DNA of 64,000 bases. Origin: Candidatus Micrarchaeota archaeon (GTDB lineage Archaea > Micrarchaeota > Micrarchaeia > Norongarragalinales > SBBD01). The stretch covers positions 66,813 through 130,812 of the forward strand of contig JAHJQN010000004.1 of assembly GCA_018819225.1 (NCBI GenBank), written 5' to 3'. Position numbers and translations under genes: made by a program. This document shows, one piece after another, positions 10,229-18,737 of the stretch. Under the pieces are notes generated by a model, which searched no databases, was not told where the DNA came from, and saw only the letters and a program-made list of their open reading frames with translations. The number at the start of each line of letters is the position of its first letter. The stretch's first letter is position 1.

Positions 10229-10947
10229 CTGTTCTTTGATTTAATTTTCTTTTTTTTATGTATGACGCCCACTTTTTCAACGCGACCATCCCGCAGGTAA
10301 ATAATGCGGTTGGCGTACGTGATGAGTGAGGCGTCGTGCGTGACCGTAATAATGGTGTGCCCCTCATCGTTCAATTCATTAAATAAATCCAGGATTTCTT
10401 TTCCTGATTTAGAATCCAGGTTTCCAGTGGGTTCGTCGGCCAGAATAATAGCGGGATTATTCGATAGCGCTCGGGCTATGGCTACCCGCTGTCGCTGACC
10501 TCCGCTGAGTTCAGAGGGTTTGTGGTATAAGCGTTCGCCGAGTCCCACGCGTTTCAATAACCTTACGGCTTCTTCCCTGCGTTCGTCCGAATCCTTATCG
10601 TCGAATAACATGGGGAGTTCAACGTTTTCAAGCACGTTTAATGTCGGAATCAAAAAGAAGAATTGGAATACGAATCCGATTTTTCGGTTTCGAACGGTTG
10701 CCAATTCGTCTTCATCAAGATCCGCAACCGACACGTTATCGATAAGGATCTTTCCCGTCGTCGGGCGGTCGAGACAACCCAATAAGTGAAGCATAGTACT
10801 CTTTCCACTTCCCGAGGGACCCATGATGGCTATGGATTCGCCTTCATGGACCTCTAGGTTCACGCCATCCAACGCTTTGACGGTCGTGTCTCCCATTTGA
10901 TAGTGCTTCCTGACGTTTTCCAAACGCAGCACCGTCTTCGTTTTCAT
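10225..10947 (-). CDS. ABC transporter ATP-binding protein (MacB/LolD type)
   Basis: Walker A GPSGSGKST, Q-loop, signature LSGGQRQRVAIARAL, and Walker B ILADEPTGNLD. Confidence 0.9.
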   Translation of the reverse strand: MKTKTVLRLENVRKHYQMGDTTVKALDGVNLEVHEGESIAIMGPSGSGKSTMLHLLGCLDRPTTGKILIDNVSVADLDEDELATVRNRKIGFVFQFFFLIPTLNVLENVELPMLFDDKDSDERREEAVRLLKRVGLGERLYHKPSELSGGQRQRVAIARALSNNPAIILADEPTGNLDSKSGKEILDLFNELNDEGHTIITVTHDASLITYANRIIYLRDGRVEKVGVIHKKKKIKSKNR

Positions 10948-10953
10948 TTCCTT

Positions 10954-11481
10954 TTACCTCATTTCCTTAGCATGTTCTTCTTTCAGAAGCTGGATGATTT
11001 TTTTTAAGACCCGGTCCAAAATATTGATTTGTTTGTAGTACGCTTCAATAATATGGATTTCGGCCTCCGAATCCTTGTTCCTCTTCTTACGATAATGCTC
11101 GATGATTCGCGGCATCCGTTCTTTGGCCATTTCAACCAAGGCGGTTTGTCTCGTCTGAATCAATTGAATGAACGTTTGTATCGCGTCTTTTTCAATAAAA
11201 TAATATAAACGACGCGACTTCGGTTTCTTGAGTCGTTTAACCATTCCAGCTCGTTCCAGCGAAGACGTAGCCGTGCTGACTGCCGATAAACTATACCCGG
11301 TTCGCTGGGCGAGATCTTCCATGGCCACTTCATGGGGTTCAATATATAGGATTCCGATGATGCGGGACGTCAGTTCATCCAGGCCCTTCATTTTATTGAT
11401 ATCGGTAATCAATTCGATAAATTCCTCTTTCGGAGTCCGTGATTCCATTTCGTTATTTACCATATTCGCAACTTTCACCAA
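10954..11481 (-). CDS. Winged-helix transcriptional regulator (MarR/GbsR-like), first gene of the ABC operon
   Basis: 175 aa. The segment MEDLAQRTGYSLSAVSTATSSLERAGMVKRL resembles a wHTH recognition helix and wing. It lies immediately upstream of the ABC operon on the same strand. Confidence 0.5.
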   Translation of the reverse strand: MVKVANMVNNEMESRTPKEEFIELITDINKMKGLDELTSRIIGILYIEPHEVAMEDLAQRTGYSLSAVSTATSSLERAGMVKRLKKPKSRRLYYFIEKDAIQTFIQLIQTRQTALVEMAKERMPRIIEHYRKKRNKDSEAEIHIIEAYYKQINILDRVLKKIIQLLKEEHAKEMR

Positions 11482-11515
11482 TTTATGAAAAGTGTGAAAC
11501 TAATTTATAAGGGTT

Positions 11516-12604
11516 TTGTTTGGTCGCATCCCGTTCCTTTTTATCTCTCCGCTTCCTGATGCTATCCGATGGATCATGCGCAATATGAATAATCTGGATT
11601 TTCTTTACTTAGTACGGGAACTCCAGAGCGTGAAGGATTCGTTTCTCAATCAGGTGTACGAGTCAGAACCCGGAGTTTTTCGATTTAAGTTTCATGGAAA
11701 ACGAGATGTGAACATGCTGGTGAGGCTCGGACAATACGCTTTTCTTTCCACCCGAATTCCAGAATCCATTCCGGTTTCATCGTTTGTCCGCATGTTGCGC
11801 GTCCAGCTGGAAAATAGTCGAATGCTTTCCATTGAACAGAAGGGGTTTGACCGCGTTTTGGTAATCACGTTTCAAAAAAAGAACCAATTTCATTTGATTT
11901 TTGAGTTGTTTGGCTCCGGTAATATGATTTTCTGTAACGATCAGTATCAAATAATCGATGCCTATTCGCGGGAAACGTATGCCCATCGTTCCCTGGGCCC
12001 GCGAAAACCGTACGCCCTTCCTCCCAACTCAAAAAAAGCCCCCGAGACTCTCACCGTGCGCGATCTTCCGGCATCCAAATGGAAAGTGGTGTCCGCATTG
12101 GCGAAAACCGTGAATTTATCCCCGTTCTATCTGGAGGAAGCCGCGATTCGATCTCATATCGATCTGGATCGACCGATGGATTCACTCACGGAAAAGGAAA
12201 AAAGCGTGTTGGTTCGTCACGTACACCAATTGATCGAATGCGCCTTAGCTCCTGTGGTCTATTATGACGGTGTGCATCCCGTGGAGTTCGCACCGTTTGC
12301 CTTACATAAGATGAAAGAAGGCGAACCGCGTTCCTTTTCTTCGTTTTCGGAGGCTTTAGAGCAGTATTATTTCCTCGCGAAACCCGTCACGAAACCGGAT
12401 CCCCTTCTTGAAAAACTCAAGCGAACGCTTGCGGAACAGGAAAAGGCGTTGACGTTGTTGTCACACGATGAGCATGAGGCGCGAATCAAAGCCGATGCCC
12501 TGTTCTTGAATTATGATTCGATTTCCAAACAGTTGCAGACCGCAAGAAAACGGAATGCGAAGACGTTGAGCGTGTCCGTATCGGATGATCTTACCGGACC
12601 TTGA
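11516..12604 (+). CDS. NFACT-N domain protein (short RqcH/Tae2-like)
   Basis: The N-terminus LDFLYLVRELQSVKDSFLNQVYE...FRFKFHGKR...LVRLGQYAFLS matches the NFACT-N pattern. At 362 aa it is only about half the length of a full archaeal RqcH. The true start is probably at MRNMNN or MNNLD. Confidence 0.5.
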   Translation: MFGRIPFLFISPLPDAIRWIMRNMNNLDFLYLVRELQSVKDSFLNQVYESEPGVFRFKFHGKRDVNMLVRLGQYAFLSTRIPESIPVSSFVRMLRVQLENSRMLSIEQKGFDRVLVITFQKKNQFHLIFELFGSGNMIFCNDQYQIIDAYSRETYAHRSLGPRKPYALPPNSKKAPETLTVRDLPASKWKVVSALAKTVNLSPFYLEEAAIRSHIDLDRPMDSLTEKEKSVLVRHVHQLIECALAPVVYYDGVHPVEFAPFALHKMKEGEPRSFSSFSEALEQYYFLAKPVTKPDPLLEKLKRTLAEQEKALTLLSHDEHEARIKADALFLNYDSISKQLQTARKRNAKTLSVSVSDDLTGP

Positions 12605-12896
12605 TGGCATCTTGCGGATAGCCCAATTGAATCAGGTATTCAACGGTCTTCTCTTTGTGATTCCCTTGAAGAACGATGTAACCCTCCTTGTGACTCCCTC
12701 CACATGCCAGCTTATGCTTTAATTCCTTCGTAGCGTTTTTGAGTTCGGGGCCTTGCAAGCCCTCGATGATCGTCACGAGCTTGTTGAAACGCTTCTTAGT
12801 CGTATAGACTTTAAGTTGTGCCACCGTCTCTTTCCCGATGGTTTGACAGGCACAAATGTCTTTAGGCAACCCGCACTTAGAGCAGATTTCAGGCAT
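12591..12896 (-). CDS. Translation initiation factor aSUI1 (eIF1 homologue) with N-terminal zinc ribbon
   Basis: 101 aa. CSKCGLPKDICAC is followed by the SUI1 core (KLVTIIEGL...KELKHKLACGGSHKEGYIVLQGNHKEK). It is the last gene of the ribosomal-protein operon. Confidence 0.85.
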   Translation of the reverse strand: MPEICSKCGLPKDICACQTIGKETVAQLKVYTTKKRFNKLVTIIEGLQGPELKNATKELKHKLACGGSHKEGYIVLQGNHKEKTVEYLIQLGYPQDAIKVR

Positions 12897-12917
12897 GCGT
12901 GATGATGTAACCCCGTG

Positions 12918-13124
12918 TTAGTTGTTCTTTGCACGTCGTTGGTTTAAAAGTGTTTTGATTCGTGCACGTGTTCTCCGAAGCACCTTGTATTTAATTTCTT
13001 TGGCTCGGCGGGACGTTTTTAAATTGGAATATTCTTCCTCCAGAGCCAATTCGATCTCAGCGAGTTTATCCTTCAAACCCGTCCGATCCATTGCCTTCAA
13101 TTCCTGTTTTTTGATAACGGCCAT
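12918..13124 (-). CDS. rpl29: Ribosomal protein uL29
   Basis: 68-aa Lys/Arg-rich coiled-coil protein at the position expected for L29, downstream of S3. Confidence 0.8.
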   Translation of the reverse strand: MAVIKKQELKAMDRTGLKDKLAEIELALEEEYSNLKTSRRAKEIKYKVLRRTRARIKTLLNQRRAKNN

Positions 13125-13142
13125 TCTCGTTCACCTTGCATG

Positions 13143-14063
13143 TTAAGCGGCATCCGTATCACTGGTTTCGGTTTTGGAATCTTTTTCAGTTTCAACCGTT
13201 TTCTCTACTTTCTTCGCATCTTTCGGAGGTTCATCCCGGGCCGTTAAGATTTGAGGAACGTGGCCTTCCGGTAAATGAACGCCCATCGCCGCCTTCGGTT
13301 TTCTGGACTTGGCGCGCAGCATTTTTTTTGGTCGAGCGGCTTTTTTCGCCTGCTCCATTTTCTTCTTCAGTTTGGCTACTGCCGCTTGTTTCTCTTCTTC
13401 CATTTTCTCTTGTTCGGCGTCTACAGTCGGTTCAACGGTTTCCGTGAGACCGATGGTTTTAAGTTTTTCATAATCAATTTTAACGGAGTCCGGGAACACG
13501 ACGCCCGGAGGCAGGATCTTGACGACAATACCAATGGCTCCTGCTTTACCGTACGCCGTAAACTTCGCGGTTTCCACGAGCTTCATGACGTCGCCGGATT
13601 TCTTCAAATACCCTTTGCGCATGCGAATCGTGCGGGCTTTCCCTCCTTTTCCAACGATTTTTCCAGCGACAATAATTTCCGTTCCATACGCTCCCGCGTT
13701 CATGATATCGCGGATGTTGAATCGAATGATTTGCTTGATTTTTCCTTCTATTTCGATCTGGCGACCAATACGTTCGGCGATGAGTTTGGCATCTAGCGTG
13801 GGGTTGTTGACCTCCATCACGTCTAACTGGGGATTATCGATATGGAAGCGCCGTTTCAGTTCCTCGCTCACGGATTTGATGTTCGCGCCTTTTTTTCCAA
13901 TGACGACGCTCGGCCGACGGACCCGAAGGGCGATTCGGGTAGCCAAAGGCGTTTTCTGAATGGTGATACTGGAAATACCGGCATGGCTCAAGGCCTCTTC
14001 TAAGTATTCTTTGACGAGTTCTTGGTCAACGGATTTCTGTAAAAACTTTTTCTCAATCGCCAT
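13143..14063 (-). CDS. rps3: Ribosomal protein uS3 with long Lys/Glu-rich C-terminal extension
   Basis: KH-domain N-terminus (SSITIQKTPLATRIALRVRRPSVVIGKKGANI). It sits in the conserved position between L22 and L29. The 306 aa include a low-complexity tail of about 90 aa. Confidence 0.9.
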   Translation of the reverse strand: MAIEKKFLQKSVDQELVKEYLEEALSHAGISSITIQKTPLATRIALRVRRPSVVIGKKGANIKSVSEELKRRFHIDNPQLDVMEVNNPTLDAKLIAERIGRQIEIEGKIKQIIRFNIRDIMNAGAYGTEIIVAGKIVGKGGKARTIRMRKGYLKKSGDVMKLVETAKFTAYGKAGAIGIVVKILPPGVVFPDSVKIDYEKLKTIGLTETVEPTVDAEQEKMEEEKQAAVAKLKKKMEQAKKAARPKKMLRAKSRKPKAAMGVHLPEGHVPQILTARDEPPKDAKKVEKTVETEKDSKTETSDTDAA

Positions 14064-14072
14064 GGAACCTCC

Positions 14073-14603
14073 TCATACCTTTTTTTTCTTTTGATATTTC
14101 TGTTTCCTTTTGGCCTTGCGGCTTATTCCTTTTGAAAGCGTGATTTCCGCTCGACAGGTTACGTAGTTGGCCCAAAGTGCTTGCTTGCCGTATCCGAGTA
14201 CGGTGGGGTTGACAAATACTCTCCGGTACCGGCGGAGCACGTTTTGCTTGTAGGCCGCTCCTTGACGAACGATCATCTCGTCCACGTTGAGTCCTCTGTA
14301 ATTGGCGTTGGCTTCTGCATTCTTGAGCAAGCGAAGAACGATGATGGCTTCCTTGCGCGGGAATCTTCCTTTCTTTCCTCCCAATTGCGAGCGATGCGAC
14401 ATGTGTTTGTTAAACTTTTTGTACGCGATGGGTTGTTTTTTAGACACGATGTCATCAAGCACTTTTCGTGCTTCCTTGATGGATAATCCTTTCATGGCTC
14501 GCAAAACTTGACTCATATCCTTGTAAGACGCATCCAAATCAAAGGCTTGCGCTCGAGCGGTTTCGCGGTCATCCGCCTTGAAAGAGTATTTATACAATCC
14601 CAT
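14073..14603 (-). CDS. rpl22: Ribosomal protein uL22
   Basis: 176 aa with motifs GKKGRFPRKEAIIVLRLLKNAEANA. Conserved operon position. Confidence 0.85.
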   Translation of the reverse strand: MGLYKYSFKADDRETARAQAFDLDASYKDMSQVLRAMKGLSIKEARKVLDDIVSKKQPIAYKKFNKHMSHRSQLGGKKGRFPRKEAIIVLRLLKNAEANANYRGLNVDEMIVRQGAAYKQNVLRRYRRVFVNPTVLGYGKQALWANYVTCRAEITLSKGISRKAKRKQKYQKKKKV

Positions 14604-14614
14604 GCTTCATCCCT

Positions 14615-15007
14615 TTACTTGAGTTCCACGGCCTTGCTTCCACGCGTGGCACCGATTCCCGGACCGGAATGCTTGACCAATTTGATCGTGTGCGAAAAGT
14701 CTCCCAGGCGTTTTCCGAGCATTTCGGGTCGAATCAACACCTCCATATACTCCTTTCCGTTATAGACTTGAAATCGACGGCCGACCATTTGCGGAACGAC
14801 CACCATTTCACGAACCTGCGTTTTAATGATCTTATTGGGCTTGGCGTTCTTGATTTTTAACAATAATTTCTTGATTTTGTAACCCATGCGGCGCAGGGAC
14901 CGACGGGCTTTGGAGTTCACGAGGAGCATGAACTGTTCGAACGGCATGTTCTGTAACTCCTCAATCGAATGACCTTTATATGAAAACTTTCTTGCCATGC
15001 GGTTCAC
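14615..15007 (-). CDS. rps19: Ribosomal protein uS19
   Basis: 130 aa with GHSIEELQ near the N-terminus and LGKRLGDFSHTIKLVKHSGPGIGATRGS at the C-terminus. It overlaps the rpl2 stop by 4 nt. Confidence 0.9.
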   Translation of the reverse strand: MNRMARKFSYKGHSIEELQNMPFEQFMLLVNSKARRSLRRMGYKIKKLLLKIKNAKPNKIIKTQVREMVVVPQMVGRRFQVYNGKEYMEVLIRPEMLGKRLGDFSHTIKLVKHSGPGIGATRGSKAVELK

Positions 15008-15744
15008 CTAGCTTTATTGTCTCCCACCTTCATCTTACCTTTTCTTCGTCCGGTTCGCGAAGCCGCAATATGACCCACTTTCTGTCCGGGCGGCGCGTTT
15101 CGGGACACGGTTGAGGGCTTACCCATGCTGCGTCCCCCATGGGGATGGTCCACTGCGTTCATGGCACTTCCCCTTACCACGGGCCAGCGCTTGTTTCGGG
15201 CCTTCCATTTCGCCCGACCGGTACCCGCTTTCTTTAATGGTTTTTCCGTGCGGCCTCCACCGGATGCCACGCCTATAGTCGCCATACAGTTCGGATCCAA
15301 CTTGAGGACCTGTTTTGAAGACAATCGGACGGTTACCAAACCCAGTTCTTCATCGTGTGAAACGATGGTGGCAAAGGATCCGGAGGTTCGCGCGATCCGT
15401 CCGCCGTCTTTGGGCGCTATTTCCAGGTTGAATACGGAGCTGCTGTCCGGAATGCGTTCCAATGGAACCACGGACCCGATATCCAATTTCGCATCCGGTC
15501 CCATGAACACTTCGTCATTGGTTTTCAGCCCTTCAGCTGCCAAAACGTGAACCACTCGTCCGTCATCCAACAATAGTTTGGCGAGAAGAACGTCTTTCGA
15601 GGGATCTTGTTCAAAAGTTAATACTTGCGCTCGAAGATTCTTGTGAATCGGGGGGTACTTGGCTTTGGAAAGGAAGCGATGTTTGGGCGTGCGGTACGCG
15701 GGGCTTCCGTGCCCTCTTTTTTGAACCGTAATCTTACTTCCCAT
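15004..15744 (-). CDS. rpl2: Ribosomal protein uL2
   Basis: 246 aa. Starts MGSKITVQKRGHGSPAYRTP. C-terminal motifs are MNAVDHPHGGRSMGKPSTVSRNAPPGQKVG. Confidence 0.95.
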   Translation of the reverse strand: MGSKITVQKRGHGSPAYRTPKHRFLSKAKYPPIHKNLRAQVLTFEQDPSKDVLLAKLLLDDGRVVHVLAAEGLKTNDEVFMGPDAKLDIGSVVPLERIPDSSSVFNLEIAPKDGGRIARTSGSFATIVSHDEELGLVTVRLSSKQVLKLDPNCMATIGVASGGGRTEKPLKKAGTGRAKWKARNKRWPVVRGSAMNAVDHPHGGRSMGKPSTVSRNAPPGQKVGHIAASRTGRRKGKMKVGDNKAR

Positions 15745-15756
15745 TCCTCATTCTCC

Positions 15757-16011
15757 TCATATCAGCTTGAGTTTGGCCGCCACATCGGATGCCGCTCCTT
15801 TTTTCTTGAACTTGACAATCGCTTTTTTTCTTCCTTTAGGTTCCGTAAGTGTTCGAACACTGGCCACGTTTTCTTTATACACGCGTTCCACTTCTTCCTT
15901 GACTTGAGGTTTCGTGCTTTGGGAACGAATAATGAATACGAGCTTGTTCTCCTTTTCAATCATGGCCACCGAGCGCTCCGTTGTTAATGCGTAAAGGATA
16001 TGCATGATCAT
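15757..16011 (-). CDS. rpl23: Ribosomal protein uL23
   Basis: The ORF track extends to 16062, but its first 17 codons overlap rpl4. The uL23 core (LVFIIRSQSTKPQVKEEVERVYKENVASVRTLTEPKGRKKAIVKF) begins after an internal MIMHIL, so I place the start near 16011. Confidence 0.8.
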   Translation of the reverse strand: MIMHILYALTTERSVAMIEKENKLVFIIRSQSTKPQVKEEVERVYKENVASVRTLTEPKGRKKAIVKFKKKGAASDVAAKLKLI

Positions 16012-16814
16012 CACATGAATAACGAATATTTTTCCAGCTGCGATACGGCATTGGATGTCCAAACCGTTAATCGACCCAAATGACCGCCGGGCGCTAGGGT
16101 TTCCGCGCTCAATTCATTGACTTTAACCACATCCACTCCCGGAAAGTTTCGAGCCGCTTTCCAAATGCCTTTATCCTCTCCAATCACAACGAGAACGGAT
16201 TTGGGGGACCGATACCCTCCTTTTCGGAGTCGCGAGCGTCCACTGCGCATGCGTCTTCGGTCGCGGGCCCTCTGCAAGTCCTTCTTCAAACCCAATTTTT
16301 CAAAAGCGATTAACGCATCCTTTGATTTGGAGATTTGTTCCAAACCGTTTTCTACAACGAGGGGAAGTGACCCTTCGAATTCATGGCCTCGTTTTTTCAC
16401 TTCCTGCAAGTTCGTGGTCGCTGAAATAGCGCTTCTTATCGCGAAATTGCGTTCCTTCAAATTAATGCGTTCAATAATGCGTTTCCATGGCTTGGGGGGA
16501 TGGGCTCTTCGCCCTTTGGCCGCTTGCGGTACGCGCAGTACGCGTCCAAGTCTTCCGCCCGGCAGTTTTTCTCTCGGGAGCCGGCTTCTTCCCGTATTGA
16601 TCGTTTGCCTCCATCCATGCCGGCGGCCATAATATTCTGCCGTATTTTCCATGCCGGCGTAAACGTAATTGCCTTTGGGCTGGAAACGACGGCTTTGCTC
16701 TGCGTGAACGGCTCTTCGCACCAAATCCGGACGGCAGGCTTCATTGAATTGTTCGGGCAGCTCCGCTTCTCCGGCGCTGCTTCCGTTTAATGAAATAATA
16801 GGCACTTTAGTCAT
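16011..16814 (-). CDS. rpl4: Ribosomal protein uL4 (L1e type)
   Basis: 267 aa. The N-terminus VPIISLNGSSAGEAELPEQF and the basic C-terminus are typical of archaeal L4. It sits between rpl3 and rpl23. Confidence 0.9.
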   Translation of the reverse strand: MTKVPIISLNGSSAGEAELPEQFNEACRPDLVRRAVHAEQSRRFQPKGNYVYAGMENTAEYYGRRHGWRQTINTGRSRLPREKLPGGRLGRVLRVPQAAKGRRAHPPKPWKRIIERINLKERNFAIRSAISATTNLQEVKKRGHEFEGSLPLVVENGLEQISKSKDALIAFEKLGLKKDLQRARDRRRMRSGRSRLRKGGYRSPKSVLVVIGEDKGIWKAARNFPGVDVVKVNELSAETLAPGGHLGRLTVWTSNAVSQLEKYSLFM

Positions 16815-16815
16815 G

Positions 16816-17781
16816 TCAAACCACGAATTTCTTCAGATCGGGTTTCAAAATGTGTTGTTCGATTAAGGCGCGCCGTAAACGCACGGCTCGTTTAACGGGT
16901 CCCGGAATGCTTCCATCCACGACCAAGAACTCGTTGGCCAGCGTCCCGTAATGCGTGAACCCCCCTTTCGGAGTCATTTTTTCAGCTTCCGCGGGTTGCG
17001 CGATTTTGAGAATTCGTTTGTTGCGTTCGGTTCTCCGATGGAAACCCATTTGGCCGGCGCGCGGAATCGTATACATGACCTTGCCTTGTCGTTCCGGTCC
17101 AAGGGATCCTCCATGCCGGCGCTTTTTCGTTGCCTTCCGAATGTTGAGACTCACGCCAAAACGCTTCACGACTCCTTGCCATCCTTTGCCTTTCGTGACC
17201 GCGATGACGTCCACAAATTCCCCGTCCGCAAACACCTGGGAGACCGGGACCTCTTTTCCGAGAATGGTTTTGGCAAAATCCCATTGTTCTTTGGAATCTT
17301 TGCCGACCACGGCGAGCTCAAAAACATCCGGTGTTTGTTTTAATCCTGCTTTCCACGGTTGACTGCACGCGAGCACGCGGACTTCTTGAAAATCCGCGAC
17401 GTGCTTTTCAAAGTCTTCCGGCGTTTGCTTGGGTTTCTTTGCAACCGTCATGGACCGTTGTAATTGTTTAGGGGGGTTCGAAACCGCGACTTCGCTCTTC
17501 GTCTTTAATCCATCCAATGTTTCGACATACCCGATCGCGGAATAAATGAAAATCGGCGGGGTTTCAATAAAGGTTACGGGTCGAGTGATTTCCTGGTTTT
17601 TTTGCGGGGAATTCCGGTCCTCTGTCATGAGTACTTGGCCCATTCCGGCCTTGTATCCCAAAAAGCCCGTCAAACCCTTGCCTTTCTGGCTCCAGCTGCG
17701 CATGCGCGGCACGAGTTTCGCCGCGCGTTTTCGGTGCCAGTACGATCGGGAACCGTGTTTCGGTCCAGTTCGTTTACCCAT
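16816..17781 (-). CDS. rpl3: Ribosomal protein uL3
   Basis: 321 aa. Starts MGKRTGPKHGSRSYWHRKRA and contains the archaeal uL3 motifs FKAGMGQVLM and GKGWQGVVKRFGV. Confidence 0.95.
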   Translation of the reverse strand: MGKRTGPKHGSRSYWHRKRAAKLVPRMRSWSQKGKGLTGFLGYKAGMGQVLMTEDRNSPQKNQEITRPVTFIETPPIFIYSAIGYVETLDGLKTKSEVAVSNPPKQLQRSMTVAKKPKQTPEDFEKHVADFQEVRVLACSQPWKAGLKQTPDVFELAVVGKDSKEQWDFAKTILGKEVPVSQVFADGEFVDVIAVTKGKGWQGVVKRFGVSLNIRKATKKRRHGGSLGPERQGKVMYTIPRAGQMGFHRRTERNKRILKIAQPAEAEKMTPKGGFTHYGTLANEFLVVDGSIPGPVKRAVRLRRALIEQHILKPDLKKFVV

Positions 17782-17834
17782 TTCGATTTTCCTCTATTGA
17801 TTGCAAGCTCTTCCTAACGGATTCGAGGTTGCGG

Positions 17835-17960
17835 TTAGTCTGTTTTGACGCTGTGAACGATGGGAGGAGTCGTTTTAAACAAGACCTTGTTGTCACAACT
17901 CGGACAACGCACGAACTCCAGTTCGTCGAATTCCTTTTTGCAGTTGCTGCACTTGTACAT
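17835..17960 (-). CDS. rpoP: DNA-directed RNA polymerase subunit P (Rpo12/RpoP), 41 aa; not in the ORF track because it is shorter than 60 aa
   Basis: Manual translation of the minus strand gives MYKCSNCKKEFDELEFVRCPSCDNKVLFKTTPPIVHSVKTD. This is the CxxC-N13-CxxC zinc-ribbon pattern of archaeal RpoP. It lies directly upstream of rpl3 on the same strand. Confidence 0.55.
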   Translation of the reverse strand: MYKCSNCKKEFDELEFVRCPSCDNKVLFKTTPPIVHSVKTD

Positions 17961-17966
17961 ATATGA

Positions 17967-18290
17967 TCACGCGATCCCGGGTAACAACATGCTACCCACG
18001 AGTAGAATGATTAACATGGCGACGATGCCACCTGTAAAGGACGCACCCAAATATAAACGTTGCACCACGAGGGCCCCCAAAACCACGAGTACGATAAACG
18101 CGGTAACCGTTTGCGATGCCGCCACAATGAACGGTAGAAAGATCATGGCTAAAAAACCTAATACCAACGCGTTCCAGAAGTTTTCGACTCCGAAAACGAA
18201 TTTAAGCAATAACCATACGACGATACTCATAATGAATAGGGAGTAAATGAATTGCGTACTCCAAATCCCGTCAAACAAATACATTGACAT
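17967..18290 (-). CDS. Small 3-TM membrane protein, paralog B
   Basis: 107 aa. It aligns by eye with the adjacent 99-aa ORF (FLGIDGFGNALIATLIGFVLLP versus VFGVENFWNALVLGFLAMIFLP). Its stop abuts the rpoP start. Confidence 0.45.
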   Translation of the reverse strand: MSMYLFDGIWSTQFIYSLFIMSIVVWLLLKFVFGVENFWNALVLGFLAMIFLPFIVAASQTVTAFIVLVVLGALVVQRLYLGASFTGGIVAMLIILLVGSMLLPGIA

Positions 18291-18305
18291 GTTTTTCCTA
18301 TTCCT

Positions 18306-18605
18306 TCAAAATGCTCCCAGAAACGGAAGCAAGTACGAACCCAACACCATCGCGATCAACGTGATGACCACGCTGTCCGTGAACCCCGTCCGGTAGATCT
18401 GCTGTATTGCGAGTCCTCCAATGGCAATCAAGACCAGGAACGTGGCTAAGCCTTGCTGCAACAGGTTCGGCAATAACACGAACCCTATCAGCGTAGCAAT
18501 CAACGCATTCCCAAATCCATCGATTCCTAAAAAGAACCGCAGCATCATCCACAGGATGACGGCGATGAATACGAGCGCATATACGAATTGTGCATCGAAC
18601 GCCAT
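18306..18605 (-). CDS. Small 3-TM membrane protein, paralog A
   Basis: 99-aa hydrophobic ORF that is a tandem paralog of 17967-18290. I prefer it over the overlapping 109-aa ORF at 18298-18627 because it conserves the paralog. Confidence 0.45.
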   Translation of the reverse strand: MAFDAQFVYALVFIAVILWMMLRFFLGIDGFGNALIATLIGFVLLPNLLQQGLATFLVLIAIGGLAIQQIYRTGFTDSVVITLIAMVLGSYLLPFLGAF

Positions 18606-18737
18606 AAGCCTTCAATGCACTAGTCACTCATCATTAATCTTTATAAATCTTTGGAAGTAAGTGGCCTTGAAACAGCTTAATAAGGCCGGAAACCATGCAT
18701 TTTTCGAAAATGGAGGCCGGAAAACGCTTTTTCACGT

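Noticed and set aside
15757-16062. The full 101-aa extent of the rpl23 ORF
   Set aside because: The first 17 codons overlap the 3' end of rpl4, and the uL23 homology begins after the internal Met. I placed the start at about 16011.
18298-18627. 109-aa ORF overlapping 18306-18605 in another frame
   Set aside because: The alternative-frame 99-aa ORF is a clear full-length paralog of the neighbouring membrane protein, so the 109-aa frame is the non-coding shadow.
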